64,000 nt of DNA. Origin: Acidobacteriota bacterium. GTDB taxonomy: Bacteria > Acidobacteriota > UBA890 > WLXD01. The notes under the pieces are model-generated. The model saw only the letters and a list, made by a program, of their open reading frames with translations. It was not told the DNA's origin and did not search any database. Positions 1 to 10,798 of this stretch are shown here, piece after piece (position 1 is the stretch's first letter; each line of letters starts with the position of its first letter). The DNA lies in NCBI GenBank assembly GCA_963666055.2, contig CAXWPH010000010.1, forward strand, positions 64,001 to 128,000. The letters run 5' to 3'. Position numbers and translations under genes: made by a program.

Positions 1-1599
1 GCGATCACCTCGAGCAGTGGTGTGACGCCGCTGCACCTCGCCGCAGCGGCGATCGGCGGCACCGACGCGGTTGCTGCCCTTGTGGCTCACGGTGCGGACC
101 CCAATGTCCTGGAATGGTCGGCCGGGCAGACTCCGCTGATGTTTGCCGCCGGATCCGGTCGCGCCGGGGCCGTGCGGAAGCTCCTCGCGGCCGGCGCGGA
201 CTCCGGGATCAGCACTCAGGTGGTGGACGTTCTGCCGCGCCTGGCGCTGGATCGCGAGGCCAGGCGGCGCCTACAGGAGATGGTCGGCGCATCGCCGGCC
301 GCTGCGGACCGCTACGGCGCGGGGACAGAAAACGCTGTGACCGTGGAGCCGGATCCTGCCGACGTCCAGGCGGCCATTCGCGCCCAGCGCGAGTTCCTGC
401 GTTCCGGCTACGATGTCGGCGAGGTCGACCCATACTCGCTGGCACGCGTCCGCCCCGACTACCCTGGCGGCCCCGACGTCGTGCGACCCCCCTATCGGGA
501 GACCCTGGTCAGAATAACCGGCGGCATGACAGCGCTCCTGCACGCGGCTCGGGAGGGCCATATCGAAGCGGCCGTGGCGCTTCTCGATGGCGGCGCAGAC
601 GTCAACCAGGTGAGCGACGGAGATCGAACCAGCGCGCTGCTCATGGCGGCGCTGAACGGCCAGCTCGATCTCGCACTGATTCTTCTCGAGGCAGGTGCGG
701 ATCCCGACCTGGCTGCGTCCACCGATGGAGCCACGCCCCTGTTCGCCGTGCTACAGACACAGTGGGCTCCGAAGTCGAACTACCCCCAGCCGCGGGCGCA
801 GGATGATCAGCGGTCGGAGTACATGGAAGTGCTGGAGGCCCTGCTCGCCGCCGGTGCCGACCCCGACGTCCGGCTGAACACACATCTGTGGTACTGGGAG
901 TTCGGGCTCACCAAGATGGGGCTCGATCTGACCGGCGCGACGCCGTTCTGGCGTGCCGCGTTCGCCCAGGATCTCGAGGCCATGAAGCTGCTCGCGGCGC
1001 ATGGCGCCGATCCGAACATCCCGACTCGTTGGCCGGAGGTCGGGATGCGCGAGCGACGTCAGCAAGACGGCCGACAGCAGGAAGACTCGCGCCTGCCCTA
1101 CATCCCCGAGGGGGCGTCTAACGCCTATTCGATCCACGCCGCGGCGGGCGGCGCTTACATCGGGCTCGGCGCCTTCAGCGTGCGGAGCGCGCCGGAGCAG
1201 TTTCTTCCGGCGGTCAAGTACCTGGTCGAGGAGCACGCCGCCGATGTCAACCTCGCTGACTCCTGGCTCTACACGCCCCTCCACTACGCGGCATCGCGTG
1301 GGGACAACGAGCTAATCGAATACCTCGTAGCGCAGGGCGCCGACGTCAACGCAATCACAAGACTGGGCCAGTCGACGGCCGACATGGCACGCGGCGGGCA
1401 AGGCGGGTTCTTCGTGCGCGTGGCGTACCCGGAGACGGTCGAGCTGCTCACCAGCCTGGGCTCGACGCTCGAATGCCTCAACACCCATTTCCTCGGCACC
1501 GGGGACGTCTGCGCGGGCGCCGGCGTCAACGACCCGTGGGCGCCGCCGGCGGATGGTGACGAGTCTGCGCCATCGGGGAACCCAAAGACACCGCGCTAG
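1..1599 (+). CDS. Ankyrin repeat protein (5' end probably outside window)
   Basis: Repeated ankyrin motifs TPLHLAA, GQTPLMFAA, TALLHAA, GATPLFA, YTPLHYAA with GAD(P/V)N turns; frame is open back to position 1. Confidence 0.9.
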   Translation, partial: AITSSSGVTPLHLAAAAIGGTDAVAALVAHGADPNVLEWSAGQTPLMFAAGSGRAGAVRKLLAAGADSGISTQVVDVLPRLALDREARRRLQEMVGASPAAADRYGAGTENAVTVEPDPADVQAAIRAQREFLRSGYDVGEVDPYSLARVRPDYPGGPDVVRPPYRETLVRITGGMTALLHAAREGHIEAAVALLDGGADVNQVSDGDRTSALLMAALNGQLDLALILLEAGADPDLAASTDGATPLFAVLQTQWAPKSNYPQPRAQDDQRSEYMEVLEALLAAGADPDVRLNTHLWYWEFGLTKMGLDLTGATPFWRAAFAQDLEAMKLLAAHGADPNIPTRWPEVGMRERRQQDGRQQEDSRLPYIPEGASNAYSIHAAAGGAYIGLGAFSVRSAPEQFLPAVKYLVEEHAADVNLADSWLYTPLHYAASRGDNELIEYLVAQGADVNAITRLGQSTADMARGGQGGFFVRVAYPETVELLTSLGSTLECLNTHFLGTGDVCAGAGVNDPWAPPADGDESAPSGNPKTPR

Positions 1600-1652
1600 C
1601 GCGGGGAGCCGGGCGGCACACCCCTACCCCGCCAACCACGCAGGGAGAGGCC

Positions 1653-2807
1653 ATGAGGACTCGTTCCGCTCCGCTCGTCGTCGTGTGTGCCTTCGTGGCG
1701 GTCTTGCCCGCCTGCCTGGGTGAGGACTCGGCTCCGCCGCTTCCGGATTCGAACGGAGCGATCAGCAAGGGCGGTGACGACAGGACGGGTCACTACGACC
1801 CCGTGGACGGCTGGTGGAAGCAAGCACCCAACCACGACGACGAGTGGTCGTGGGGCCAGGTGGCGGGCGTCGCGGCGGACCACTCCGACCGGATCATCGT
1901 GGTGACGCGCGGCGACTGGCCGGCGAACCGAGCGCAGCCGCGGGAGGGGCGGCTGCGACGCACCAACTTCATCGTCGTCGCAGATGGAAACGGCAACATC
2001 GTCGAGCAGTGGAGCCAATGGGACTCGATCATGACCTTGCCACATCAGGTCTACATCAGCCCCTACGATCTCGAGCGCCACGTCTGGGTCATCGACAGTG
2101 GTGGCGGCCAGGGCCACATGCAGGTCTTGAAGTTCACCAACGACGGCAGCGAGCTGGTGATGCAGCTCGGCGAGCGCGACCACCCCAAGACTCGCGAGGC
2201 GGCCCGCGCACGGTTCGACTGGGGTCCGCATACCTATGGCTGGCCGTCGAAGCTCGCCTTCCTCCCCGACGGCAGCTTCTTGCTGGCCGACGGCTACTGG
2301 AACTCACGCATCATCAAGTACACCGAGGACGGAGAGCTGGTGACGCAGTGGGGAGCGCTCGGAGACGGCCCCGGGGAGTTCGATCTCCTTCACGGCCTCG
2401 CCGTGGACGAGGATCGCGTCTATGTCGGCGACCGGCAGAATCAGCGCATCCAGGTCTTCACCCACGAGGGCGAGTTCATCGAGGAATGGCCGAACATCTT
2501 CGATCCGGTCAACATCTGGGTCGACGAGAGCCATGCGGTGTGGGTGTTGGACGCGAGCTTGAACCGGGTCCTCAAGTACAGCCGCGACGGTGAGCTCCAG
2601 TACCACTGGGGGGCCTATGGCCAAGCAGGAGCAGTCGGGCGAGGGATCTGGCCGGGTGGTCTGTCGCTTCCCCATCAGCTCGACATGGATGAGGACGGCA
2701 ACCTCTACATCGCCTCCTACAGCGGCGGCTGGGTGAACAAGTTCGTCCCGAAGCCGGATGCCGATCCGAGCAAGCTCCTGGGCAGGCGGCTACTGCTGAC
2801 GAACTGA
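1653..2807 (+). CDS. NHL-repeat beta-propeller (peptidyl-alpha-hydroxyglycine alpha-amidating lyase-like), probable lipoprotein
   Basis: Signal peptide ending LPAC; NHL motifs ADGYWNSRIIKY, GPGEFDLLHGLAVD, VYVGDRQNQRIQVF; GGGAGAGG RBS. Confidence 0.85.
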   Translation: MRTRSAPLVVVCAFVAVLPACLGEDSAPPLPDSNGAISKGGDDRTGHYDPVDGWWKQAPNHDDEWSWGQVAGVAADHSDRIIVVTRGDWPANRAQPREGRLRRTNFIVVADGNGNIVEQWSQWDSIMTLPHQVYISPYDLERHVWVIDSGGGQGHMQVLKFTNDGSELVMQLGERDHPKTREAARARFDWGPHTYGWPSKLAFLPDGSFLLADGYWNSRIIKYTEDGELVTQWGALGDGPGEFDLLHGLAVDEDRVYVGDRQNQRIQVFTHEGEFIEEWPNIFDPVNIWVDESHAVWVLDASLNRVLKYSRDGELQYHWGAYGQAGAVGRGIWPGGLSLPHQLDMDEDGNLYIASYSGGWVNKFVPKPDADPSKLLGRRLLLTN

Positions 2808-2916
2808 GAGCGTGCTTCAACCCTGGTATCGCATCCGAATACACGACGGCAGGCCTCGATTCTGAGAAGCTGGCCGGTCTGAGTCCGCAACAGCAGCAAT
2901 GCTACGGAGGGGAACG

Positions 2917-3405
2917 ATGTCCGACGAGACGATTCGCTATGACGGAAGGTGCGCGTGCGGAGCCGTGCGGGTCACCGCCACCGGCAAGCCTACCGCCGCC
3001 GGCTACTGTCACTGTGAGTCGTGTCGTCGGTGGCACACGGCTCCGATCAATGCCTGGGCGGCGTGGCCGGGCGACGCCGTCACTATCACCCAGGGCGAGG
3101 ACGAGCTCGTCCGGTTCGATACCCGCGATCAGGGCGGCTCCAACGTTCGCTGCTCGTGTGGCCGGTGCGGTTCGGGGGTGATGAACCAGCGACACGACGG
3201 CGTGACGGTGGTCTACCCGTCGGCGCTGCACGGCTCCGGCTTCGAGCATGATCCGATGGTGCACATCCACTACCAAGAGCGTGTCCTCGACGTCAACGAC
3301 GGCTTGCCCAAGTTCGCCGACAGCCCGGCGGAGTATGGCGGATCCGGGAAGATGATCGAGGAGCCAACTCGTACCGGGCCGTCCAGCGGCCAGGAAGCGT
3401 CGTGA
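2917..3405 (+). CDS. GFA/CENP-V family zinc-binding protein
   Basis: GRCACGAV, YCHCESCRR and CGRCGS motifs; GGAGG RBS before ATG 2917. Confidence 0.9.
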   Translation: MSDETIRYDGRCACGAVRVTATGKPTAAGYCHCESCRRWHTAPINAWAAWPGDAVTITQGEDELVRFDTRDQGGSNVRCSCGRCGSGVMNQRHDGVTVVYPSALHGSGFEHDPMVHIHYQERVLDVNDGLPKFADSPAEYGGSGKMIEEPTRTGPSSGQEAS

Positions 3406-3482
3406 CGTCGTTCTGAAAGCGCCGCTCGGCGACTGCCCCGGACCGGCAGCGTGGATTCGTGCCAGTGCTCGCAGCGCGGTGT

Positions 3483-4772
3483 TCAGTGCCAGTCGATCCG
3501 ATGCGCGCTGGCAATCGCTTCGACGCGTGCGGGTGGGACGCCCGCTGTGGCGGCGAACTGCGTCCACCGCGCCACCGTCGTCGACACCTCGTCGAGGATC
3601 GCCCGAGCTAGACCTCGCCGCAGCAGGGCAAGCTTGCCGACGACCTCGAAGTCGGCCGCCTCGAAGCCGTCGCGCTTGCCGTTGAGGCTCATCTGCTGCT
3701 CGGCAGTCCACGCCCCGTCCGGGTTGTAGCTGTAGGTGACGTCGAAGGCCGGGGCGAGCCACCAGTTGCCGGCCCGGTCCATCAGGAACGCAATGTTCTT
3801 GACGTGATCGTCCTGGTTGCGAGCCACGATGTTGAACACCATGCGCCGAAACATCTGCTCGCGGCTGGCCGCGGGTAGATCGAGTCGCGTCACTACCTCG
3901 AATGCCTGCTCGTACGAGTGTGCTCCGGCAAGATTGAAGTCGTAGTGGGCAATCGCTCCCAGCGACTGCATGTGGAGCTTGTACCCGGCCGCAGTCCGGT
4001 CGAAGCGGCGGGTGAGGAAATGATGTCGCGGTCCTTCGTCGAGGACGCGGCACTCGGCCATCTCGATGCCCGCCTCGACCGCCATGAGGTGATACGCGTA
4101 TTCGATCAGACCGTAGCCGGGGGGGTCCTCAAGCTCCCTATCCCGGTTGCCGGCGACACCATCGAACTTCAGGATCCAGTGAGAAAAGCCAGCGGGCGCA
4201 TCGAGCTGCCCGGAACGCACCTCGCCGGTGTCGGGATTCCACGTGATCACCGCCTTGGCGCGGGCGCCACCTGCCGAAGTACCGACGCGCAGGATCTGCC
4301 CCAACCCGTCGGCGTCGAGCACATGCGCGAGATCCTGCCGTTGCGAAAGCACCGCGCTTGCCAGCTCGACGAGATGGTCCACCTGGAGTCTCTCGTCCGC
4401 CGTGGCGCTGGGACCGAGCACCGGTCGGAACTCCAGCGCACCCATCCCACGTCGACCCACGTAGCAAAGTCGCTCGACGGCATGGAAGTCGGCCGCGGCG
4501 CGTCCTTGTGCGGCCAGCCAGGCGTCGATCAGCGCGTTGCCGAAGAGGTCGGGCAGGGAGTCGGCCAGCAGACCGGGCAGCCCTTGGAAGGTCTCCCGCG
4601 ACAAACCAGGGAACGAGTAGATCCTCGCACCCAGCGGCATCGTCAGCGGCGCGACTTGAATCCCACTGGCACGGAATGCCTCGGCGTACTCGAAGAATGC
4701 CAACGCCCGGCCGGTGTCCCACGAAACCGCGCCCACGGTTCGACCCCAGAGACGGACCTCGGCGAGGGTCAC
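3483..4772 (-). CDS. hipA: HipA-family toxin kinase (type II TA)
   Basis: LADSLPDLFG, GTSAGGARAK, RRFDR, NQDDHVKN and LAPAFD motifs; GTGA overlap with upstream HTH gene. Confidence 0.92.
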   Translation of the reverse strand: MTLAEVRLWGRTVGAVSWDTGRALAFFEYAEAFRASGIQVAPLTMPLGARIYSFPGLSRETFQGLPGLLADSLPDLFGNALIDAWLAAQGRAAADFHAVERLCYVGRRGMGALEFRPVLGPSATADERLQVDHLVELASAVLSQRQDLAHVLDADGLGQILRVGTSAGGARAKAVITWNPDTGEVRSGQLDAPAGFSHWILKFDGVAGNRDRELEDPPGYGLIEYAYHLMAVEAGIEMAECRVLDEGPRHHFLTRRFDRTAAGYKLHMQSLGAIAHYDFNLAGAHSYEQAFEVVTRLDLPAASREQMFRRMVFNIVARNQDDHVKNIAFLMDRAGNWWLAPAFDVTYSYNPDGAWTAEQQMSLNGKRDGFEAADFEVVGKLALLRRGLARAILDEVSTTVARWTQFAATAGVPPARVEAIASAHRIDWH

Positions 4773-5125
4773 CTCTCGTCACCCCACGTCCAGGGCTTGG
4801 CGGACGGCGCCTGATCGGAGCTCACGGAACCACGTGAGGCACGCTGCTTGCGACGACCCATTGTCCGCAGCTGCAACATCGGGCTGACCGGCGGCTCGGG
4901 CACCAGCCCATCGAGGTTGCCGACCAGGTCGAGCGCCCGCAGCACCCGCAACAGATTCGTCAGGCTCGTCGACCTGCCGCGCTCGAGCCGCGAGACGGTC
5001 GGTACCGACACGCCAGCCTCCTCGGCCAGCTTCTCCTGAGACCAATCGCGGTTCAGCCGCTGCCGCGCAAGCCGCTCCCCTAGCCGCGCCAGGATCGCGG
5101 TGTCGGATTCTGCAGATCGATACAT
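4769..5125 (-). CDS. XRE/HipB-like HTH antitoxin
   Basis: RLNRDWSQEKLAEEAGVSVPTVSRLERG Cro/C1 HTH, directly upstream of hipA. Confidence 0.88.
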   Translation of the reverse strand: MYRSAESDTAILARLGERLARQRLNRDWSQEKLAEEAGVSVPTVSRLERGRSTSLTNLLRVLRALDLVGNLDGLVPEPPVSPMLQLRTMGRRKQRASRGSVSSDQAPSAKPWTWGDER

Positions 5126-5189
5126 AACAAATCAATTATGATTTCTTAATCAATTTTAGTCAATCTATAAATCATATTTGATCTGTTAT
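5124..5189 (-). promoter_or_regulatory. Sigma70 promoter of hipBA with two AAATCA-N4-TGAT(T/C)T operator palindromes
   Basis: Minus-strand TTGACT (5163-5158), 17-bp spacer, CATAAT (5140-5135); 21-bp inverted repeat 5124-5144/5169-5189 with 2 mismatches. Confidence 0.75.
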
Positions 5190-7961
5190 ATCATCTCCGG
5201 CCGCCATTCGGCGGAGCACGGTGTGCAGGATGCCACCGTTGCGGTAGTAGTCGACCTCGACCGGGGTGTCGATACGCACGACCGTATCGAACTCCGTCAA
5301 GGCGCCGTCGGGCTTGGTCGCACGCACCGTCACGGTCTGCTTCGGCTGCAGCTCATCGGGTAGGTCGATGTCGAAGGTCTCGGTACCGTCGAGGCCCAGG
5401 CTGTCGGCCGTGTCACCAGGGTTGAAAGTGAGCGGCAACACGCCCATCCCCACCAGGTTGGAGCGATGGATGCGCTCGTAGGACGTGACGATCACCGCCT
5501 TCACGCCCAGCAACAGCGTGCCCTTGGCGGCCCAGTCGCGCGACGAGCCCATGCCGTAGTCCTTGCCCGCCAGCACGACCAGGGGAATGCCGGCGGCACG
5601 GTAGCTCTCCGAGGCCTCGAAGATCGTCTTCACGGCGCCATCGGTGAAGTCGGTGGTAAAGCCACCCTCGGTGCCGGGTGCCAGCTGGTTGCGCATGCGC
5701 ACGTTGGCGAAGGTGCCGCGCGTCATCACGTTGTGGTTGCCGCGGCGCGAACCATAGCTGTTGAACATCTGGCGCTCAACGCCGCGTCCGTTCAGGTACT
5801 GCCCCGCTGGAGTATCGGGGCCGATGGCGCCCGCCGGCGAGATGTGGTCGGTGGTCGTCGAGTCGCCCAGCTTGGCCAGACATCGGGCACCGTGAATGGA
5901 GGCGATCGGCGCTGGCTCGGGCGGCATGTCCATGAAGAACGTCGGCTCCTGGATATAGGTGCTGTCGTCGGACCACTCGTAGTTGGCGTCGTCGGAGGTG
6001 GCGATCGCCTTCCACTCGTCGCTGCCCTCGAAGACGTTGCCGTACTTGTCGAGGAACTGGTCGCGCGACAGCGACTCGGCGATGACAGCCTCAATCTCGT
6101 TGTCCCTCGGCCAGATCTCGTGCAGGAACACGTCGTTGCCGTCGGGATCCTGGCCGAGCGGATCGTTGACGAGGTCGATATCGACGGTGCCAGCAAGCGC
6201 GAATGCGACCACCAGCGGCGGCGACGCCAGGTAGTTGGCCTTGATGTCGGCGTGGATGCGGCCCTCGAAGTTACGGTTGCCCGACAGCACCGAGGCGACG
6301 GTGAGGTCGTTGTCGCGCACCGCATTTCCGATCGGCTCTGGCAGCGGGCCCGAGTTGCCGATGCAAGTCGTGCAGCCGAAGCCGACGACGTAGAAGCCCA
6401 TGGTCTCGAGCTCGTCGAGCAGGCCGGCCTTCTCGAGGTAATCGGTAACCACCTGCGAGCCCGGCGCCAACGAGGTCTTCACCCAGGGCTGTCGCTGCAG
6501 GCCGCGCCGCGCCGCGTTGCGCGCCAGCAGACCGGCGCCCACCATGACGCTCGGGTTCGAGGTGTTCGTGCAACTGGTAATGGCTGCGATGACCACCGCT
6601 CCGTCGCGCAGCTCGAAGGTATCACCGTCGAGATCGACCTGGACCGAGCGCACCTGCCCGGCGTCGACTGCGGTGGCTGTCGCGCCGCCGGCTACCGTCA
6701 CCGCGCCGCCACCTGCTGATGCGCCGCCGGCAGACGGCTCCGCGCTGCTTTCGGCATCGCGCCGCGCAAACGTCGTGGCGAGCCCCTCCTGCCACTTGGT
6801 GCCCATGTCGCCCAGCGCGATGCGATCCTGCGGCCGCTTGGGCCCGGCAAGCGCTGGCTCGACGCTGCCGAGATCGAGCGACAGCTGGTCGGCGTAGGTG
6901 ATCGAACGATCGTCGTCGCGCCAGAGGCCCTGGGCGCGGTAATAGGTCTCCACAGTGTCGATGAGCTCCTGCGGCCGGCCCGTGAGCCACAGGTACTCGA
7001 GCACGCGATCGTCCACCGGGAAGAAACCGCAAGTGGCCCCGTATTCCGGCGCCATGTTGGCGATCGTCGCCCGGTTGGCGACCGGCATCGACGCCAGGCC
7101 GGGCCCGTAGAACTCCACGAATTTCCCCACCACGCCGAGCTCGCGCAGCATCTCGGTCACCCGCAACACCATGTCGGTGGCGGTGCTACCGGCGCGCAGC
7201 TCACCGTCGAGGCGAAATCCGACGACCTCGGGCATCAGCATGTAGATCGGCTGCCCGAGCATTACCGCCTCGGCCTCGATGCCGCCCACGCCCCAACCGA
7301 GCACGCCGAGACCGTTGATCATCGTGGTGTGTGAGTCGGTACCGACAAGCGAGTCGGGATAGAGCTGCTGGCCGTCGTCCCAGACCACCTTGGCGAGATA
7401 CTCGAGGTTCACCTGGTGCACGATACCGGTGGCCGGCGGCACGACGCGGAAGTTGTCGAAGCCGCTCTGTCCCCACTTGAGGAACTCGTAGCGCTCGCGA
7501 TTGCGCTCGAACTCCTTCGCGGCGTTGATCTGCAACGCCGCGCCGGAGTTGAACGCGTCGACCTGCACCGAGTGATCGATCACCAGGTCGCAGGCCACCA
7601 GCGGGTTCACCTTCGCCGGATCGCCGCCCATGCGCACCATCGCCGAGCGCATGGCGGCCAGATCGACCACCGCCGGAACGCCGGTAAAGTCCTGCAGGAC
7701 GACGCGACCCGGCGTGAACGGTATCTCGACCGCGGCAACGTTGGTCGCGTCGTAGGCGGCGAGCGCCTCGAGGTGCTCCGCGGTGACAACGTGATCGTCG
7801 TAACTACGCAGGCACGACTCCAGCAGCACCTTGATGGTGTAGGGCAGCGAGTCGATCGGTCCGAGCGCACCCAGCGCGTCGAGGCGAAGGATCTGGCGCT
7901 CTCCGACAGCCGTATCGAGGCTCTGACGAGCGCTGCGGGCAAGCTCAGCGGTATCCGGCAT
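5172..7961 (-). CDS. acnA: Aconitate hydratase A
   Basis: [69 protein letters not shown]. Confidence 0.97.
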   Translation of the reverse strand: MPDTAELARSARQSLDTAVGERQILRLDALGALGPIDSLPYTIKVLLESCLRSYDDHVVTAEHLEALAAYDATNVAAVEIPFTPGRVVLQDFTGVPAVVDLAAMRSAMVRMGGDPAKVNPLVACDLVIDHSVQVDAFNSGAALQINAAKEFERNRERYEFLKWGQSGFDNFRVVPPATGIVHQVNLEYLAKVVWDDGQQLYPDSLVGTDSHTTMINGLGVLGWGVGGIEAEAVMLGQPIYMLMPEVVGFRLDGELRAGSTATDMVLRVTEMLRELGVVGKFVEFYGPGLASMPVANRATIANMAPEYGATCGFFPVDDRVLEYLWLTGRPQELIDTVETYYRAQGLWRDDDRSITYADQLSLDLGSVEPALAGPKRPQDRIALGDMGTKWQEGLATTFARRDAESSAEPSAGGASAGGGAVTVAGGATATAVDAGQVRSVQVDLDGDTFELRDGAVVIAAITSCTNTSNPSVMVGAGLLARNAARRGLQRQPWVKTSLAPGSQVVTDYLEKAGLLDELETMGFYVVGFGCTTCIGNSGPLPEPIGNAVRDNDLTVASVLSGNRNFEGRIHADIKANYLASPPLVVAFALAGTVDIDLVNDPLGQDPDGNDVFLHEIWPRDNEIEAVIAESLSRDQFLDKYGNVFEGSDEWKAIATSDDANYEWSDDSTYIQEPTFFMDMPPEPAPIASIHGARCLAKLGDSTTTDHISPAGAIGPDTPAGQYLNGRGVERQMFNSYGSRRGNHNVMTRGTFANVRMRNQLAPGTEGGFTTDFTDGAVKTIFEASESYRAAGIPLVVLAGKDYGMGSSRDWAAKGTLLLGVKAVIVTSYERIHRSNLVGMGVLPLTFNPGDTADSLGLDGTETFDIDLPDELQPKQTVTVRATKPDGALTEFDTVVRIDTPVEVDYYRNGGILHTVLRRMAAGDDITDQI

Positions 7962-8070
7962 ACGGTCGATTCTAGCGCAGGACCCGCTACGTGACTCCCA
8001 CCGGGACCTCCCGTGCTCGCCTACCAGAGGCGCCCCGTCGCTCCCTCGATGTGCAGGCGGCGTTCGGATC

Positions 8071-8255
8071 GTGCGCGCCTACGATGCAAGACCGGTGAAC
8101 TGCTCTGGAGCCACAGGAGACAAGGCTTGAACATCCGGTTCGAAGATGTTGCGGTCGACAACGATGGCGTCTACGTGGCCGGGCGGCTAGACACCGCCAG
8201 CGGCGACGACGGCTGGCTCGTCTCCGGGTGGTGCGCGCCTAGCCAGGCTCAGTAG
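8071..8255 (+). pseudogene. Frameshifted remnant of a PQQ-like beta-propeller repeat protein
   Basis: VRAYDA|KTGELLW motif split by a 1-bp deletion near 8088, followed by DVAVDNDGVYVAG. Confidence 0.4.
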
Positions 8256-8260
8256 GAGAG

Positions 8261-8761
8261 TCAGCCAACCAGGCGCCCCAGACGCCTCAGGCAACTGTCC
8301 CAGCCCTGCTCGTGCGCTCTGGTGGCCTCGCTATTCGGGAACCCCTCTTGCGTAATCACCACCTCGGTGGATCCGCCCCTGTCGTTAAGCTCGATGGTCA
8401 CCAAGGTCTCACCCATCTGTGAGTCAGCCTCCTCCCAATCCCAGGTGTATACGAGACGGTTCGGAGGCTCGATCTCGCGATATGCACCGAACGCCGTATG
8501 CACCTTGCCGCCGGCTCCTTTCATGACGATACGGAACGCACCGCCCACGACCAGGTCGACCTGCGCGTCTTCGACGTTGGCATCCTCGGGGCAGGACCAC
8601 CGGCGAAGCTGGTCGGGCTGCGTCCAGGCATCAAAGACCCTGTCAGGTGACGCGTTCACGACACAGGACACTCGCAGCGAGGTGGCGTTGTCGGCGCCGA
8701 GGTCGGTGCCAGTGCCTGTTTCGGTGCCGGTGTTCGTTGGGGTCTCGGTGTTCGGGCTCAT
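8261..8761 (-). CDS. SRPBCC/AHSA1 (START-like) domain protein
   Basis: ASPDRVFDAWTQPDQLRRW, YREIEPPNRLVYTW, HEQGWDSCL; coupled to ArsR gene. Confidence 0.9.
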   Translation of the reverse strand: MSPNTETPTNTGTETGTGTDLGADNATSLRVSCVVNASPDRVFDAWTQPDQLRRWSCPEDANVEDAQVDLVVGGAFRIVMKGAGGKVHTAFGAYREIEPPNRLVYTWDWEEADSQMGETLVTIELNDRGGSTEVVITQEGFPNSEATRAHEQGWDSCLRRLGRLVG

Positions 8762-9132
8762 GGCTGTTGCTCCTTGATCCAGTCCTTGCTGGTGTCCGTG
8801 CTTGTCGCGGGTTTGACGGTCGCCTCCCCTTCCAAGTAGCGAGACAGGGAGCCAAGCTGACCTTCCCAGAACTTCCGGTAGTAGCCCACCCAGTCGGCAG
8901 CGGCGCGCAACGGTGACGCATCGAGCTCGCAGCGGCTGAGGCGACCATCGCGCTCACGACGAACCAGGCCGGCTCGCTCGAGCACACGCAGGTGCTTGGA
9001 GATCGCTGGGCGCGAGACGTTGAACGGCCTCGCCAGCTCGCCAACTGTGGCTTCCCCATCCCCGAGACGCGCCAGGATCGAGCGGCGGGTCGGATCCGCC
9101 AGCGCGCTGAAGGTGAGGTCGAGTTGCGACAT
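8758..9132 (-). CDS. ArsR/SmtB family transcriptional regulator
   Basis: FSALADPTRRSIL...SRPAISKHLRVLERAGLV; alternative start at 9144. Confidence 0.92.
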   Translation of the reverse strand: MSQLDLTFSALADPTRRSILARLGDGEATVGELARPFNVSRPAISKHLRVLERAGLVRRERDGRLSRCELDASPLRAAADWVGYYRKFWEGQLGSLSRYLEGEATVKPATSTDTSKDWIKEQQP

Positions 9133-9134
9133 AT

Positions 9135-9154
9135 TGGTAACCATTCGGTTACCA
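9135..9154. promoter_or_regulatory. Putative ArsR autoregulatory operator
   Basis: Perfect 8-4-8 inverted repeat TGGTAACC-attc-GGTTACCA just upstream of the ArsR start. Confidence 0.7.
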
Positions 9155-9340
9155 TTTCTACCCTACCGCTGTGCGCTCGTCAACTAGTGGCCTGTAACAG
9201 AGGTTCGTTGCGTATTGCTGGGCCGAGATGGGGGCCAGCTCAAGGCGCGATGAGGATGGCGATGCCTCGCCCATCGTCGACGAATCGCAACACTGAGATT
9301 GCCGCCATATCGGCCCAGCCCTCCGAGTGCCCGCGGGACA

Positions 9341-10771
9341 CTAGCGGACGCGCTCGAACCACAGGTCGACGACGCGCCCGGCATCCAACTCGAAGCCGCT
9401 GACTCGTCCGGCCGAGTCGCGCTCGAAGCGGAACAAGACCGGCCATTCGTCAGCGCGCATGCGGTCCCGGCCTTCCGAGGCCAAGCGGTTGCGCAGGCGG
9501 AGCGGGATCTCCCAGTACAGCTCGCCCTCCTCGATCTCCAACACGTAGCTCGAGCGCAGCTCGGAGCTCACGTACCGGCCTTCGAACTCACGCAGCTCCG
9601 CAACGGAAAGCGCGAACTCCTGCGGCGCCGCCGCCGGCTCAGGCGCGGCGTCGGGGCCGCGCGTACCGAGCTCATCAGCGAGATAGACATCGGCTACCCG
9701 CCGGCCGAGCTGCGAGGGGTTGGCGGTAGCGACGTTACAAAGCACGATGGCGGTAAAGCGCTGCTCGGGGAACCGCAGGATGTTGGCTCGGAACCCGACA
9801 TACGATCCCCCGTGACTGACGAGGCGTACTCCCCTGTAGGTGCCGTCGGTGATACCTGCCGCATATTCGATGGGCTCGCCGCTGTCCAAGCTGCCCGGCC
9901 GCAACCAGCGCGTAATGAGCTCGGGCGAGCCGGATCCGAGGCGGTTTTCGTAGAAGTTCCGGTCCCACGCGAGCAGATCGTTGACCGTGGTGAACACGCC
10001 GCCATCACCCACGATAGGTAGGGTCGTCATGCTGATATCGAAACCATCGTCGCCAGGCGCGTAACCGCTGGCGCGATGCGGCACCAGGCGACTGTGATCG
10101 TCGTGAAAGTGTGTCTGGCTCATTCCGAGCGGCGCGAAGATGCGCTCATCGGCGACTGCCGCCAAGCTCTGCCCGGTGACCCGCGCGACGATCTCGCCGA
10201 GCAGAAAGTACCCCGAGTTGGAGTAGAGATGCTCAGCGCCTGGCCGGAAGTTGAGATCGCGCTGGCGTGCCAGCATCGCCAGGAGATCGGCCGCCGAGAA
10301 GTAGTCGGCATCGCGGTACCCGGCGAGCGCCATGAGGGTCAGATAGTCGCGGATTCCGCTGGTGTGATGGAGCAGCTGCCGGACCGAGATTTGGTCACCG
10401 AAATCGCGCAGCTCCGAAATCCACCCGCGAACGGAATCGTCGAGCGACAACCGGCCTTCTTCCGCCAGCAAGAGCACGATCATCGCGGTGAACTGCTTGC
10501 TCACCGAGCCCGTTCTAAACACCGTGTCGGCATTGATCGGAACGGCGTGCTCGAGGTTGGCCATGCCGTAGCCACGACGGTAGATGAACTCACCATCGCG
10601 AATCACCCCGAGGGCACAGCCCGGTGTTTGATCGCCATACGACGCAAAGACCGCATCGATCTCGGGCATCGCCCCGATCAGCGGTTGATCTACGGGAGCT
10701 GCGCAGCCCGTCACACACGCCAGCAGTGCAGCGCTCGGCGCGAGGTGCCGCCAGGTGGCGCAGACCATCAT
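9341..10771 (-). CDS. Serine hydrolase, beta-lactamase class C/PBP family, probable lipoprotein
   Basis: SVSK (SxxK), YSNSGY (YxN), HGG motifs; N-terminal signal with Cys. Confidence 0.9.
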   Translation of the reverse strand: MMVCATWRHLAPSAALLACVTGCAAPVDQPLIGAMPEIDAVFASYGDQTPGCALGVIRDGEFIYRRGYGMANLEHAVPINADTVFRTGSVSKQFTAMIVLLLAEEGRLSLDDSVRGWISELRDFGDQISVRQLLHHTSGIRDYLTLMALAGYRDADYFSAADLLAMLARQRDLNFRPGAEHLYSNSGYFLLGEIVARVTGQSLAAVADERIFAPLGMSQTHFHDDHSRLVPHRASGYAPGDDGFDISMTTLPIVGDGGVFTTVNDLLAWDRNFYENRLGSGSPELITRWLRPGSLDSGEPIEYAAGITDGTYRGVRLVSHGGSYVGFRANILRFPEQRFTAIVLCNVATANPSQLGRRVADVYLADELGTRGPDAAPEPAAAPQEFALSVAELREFEGRYVSSELRSSYVLEIEEGELYWEIPLRLRNRLASEGRDRMRADEWPVLFRFERDSAGRVSGFELDAGRVVDLWFERVR

Positions 10772-10798
10772 GACCTCTCCAACCTAGACCCTGCCCTG

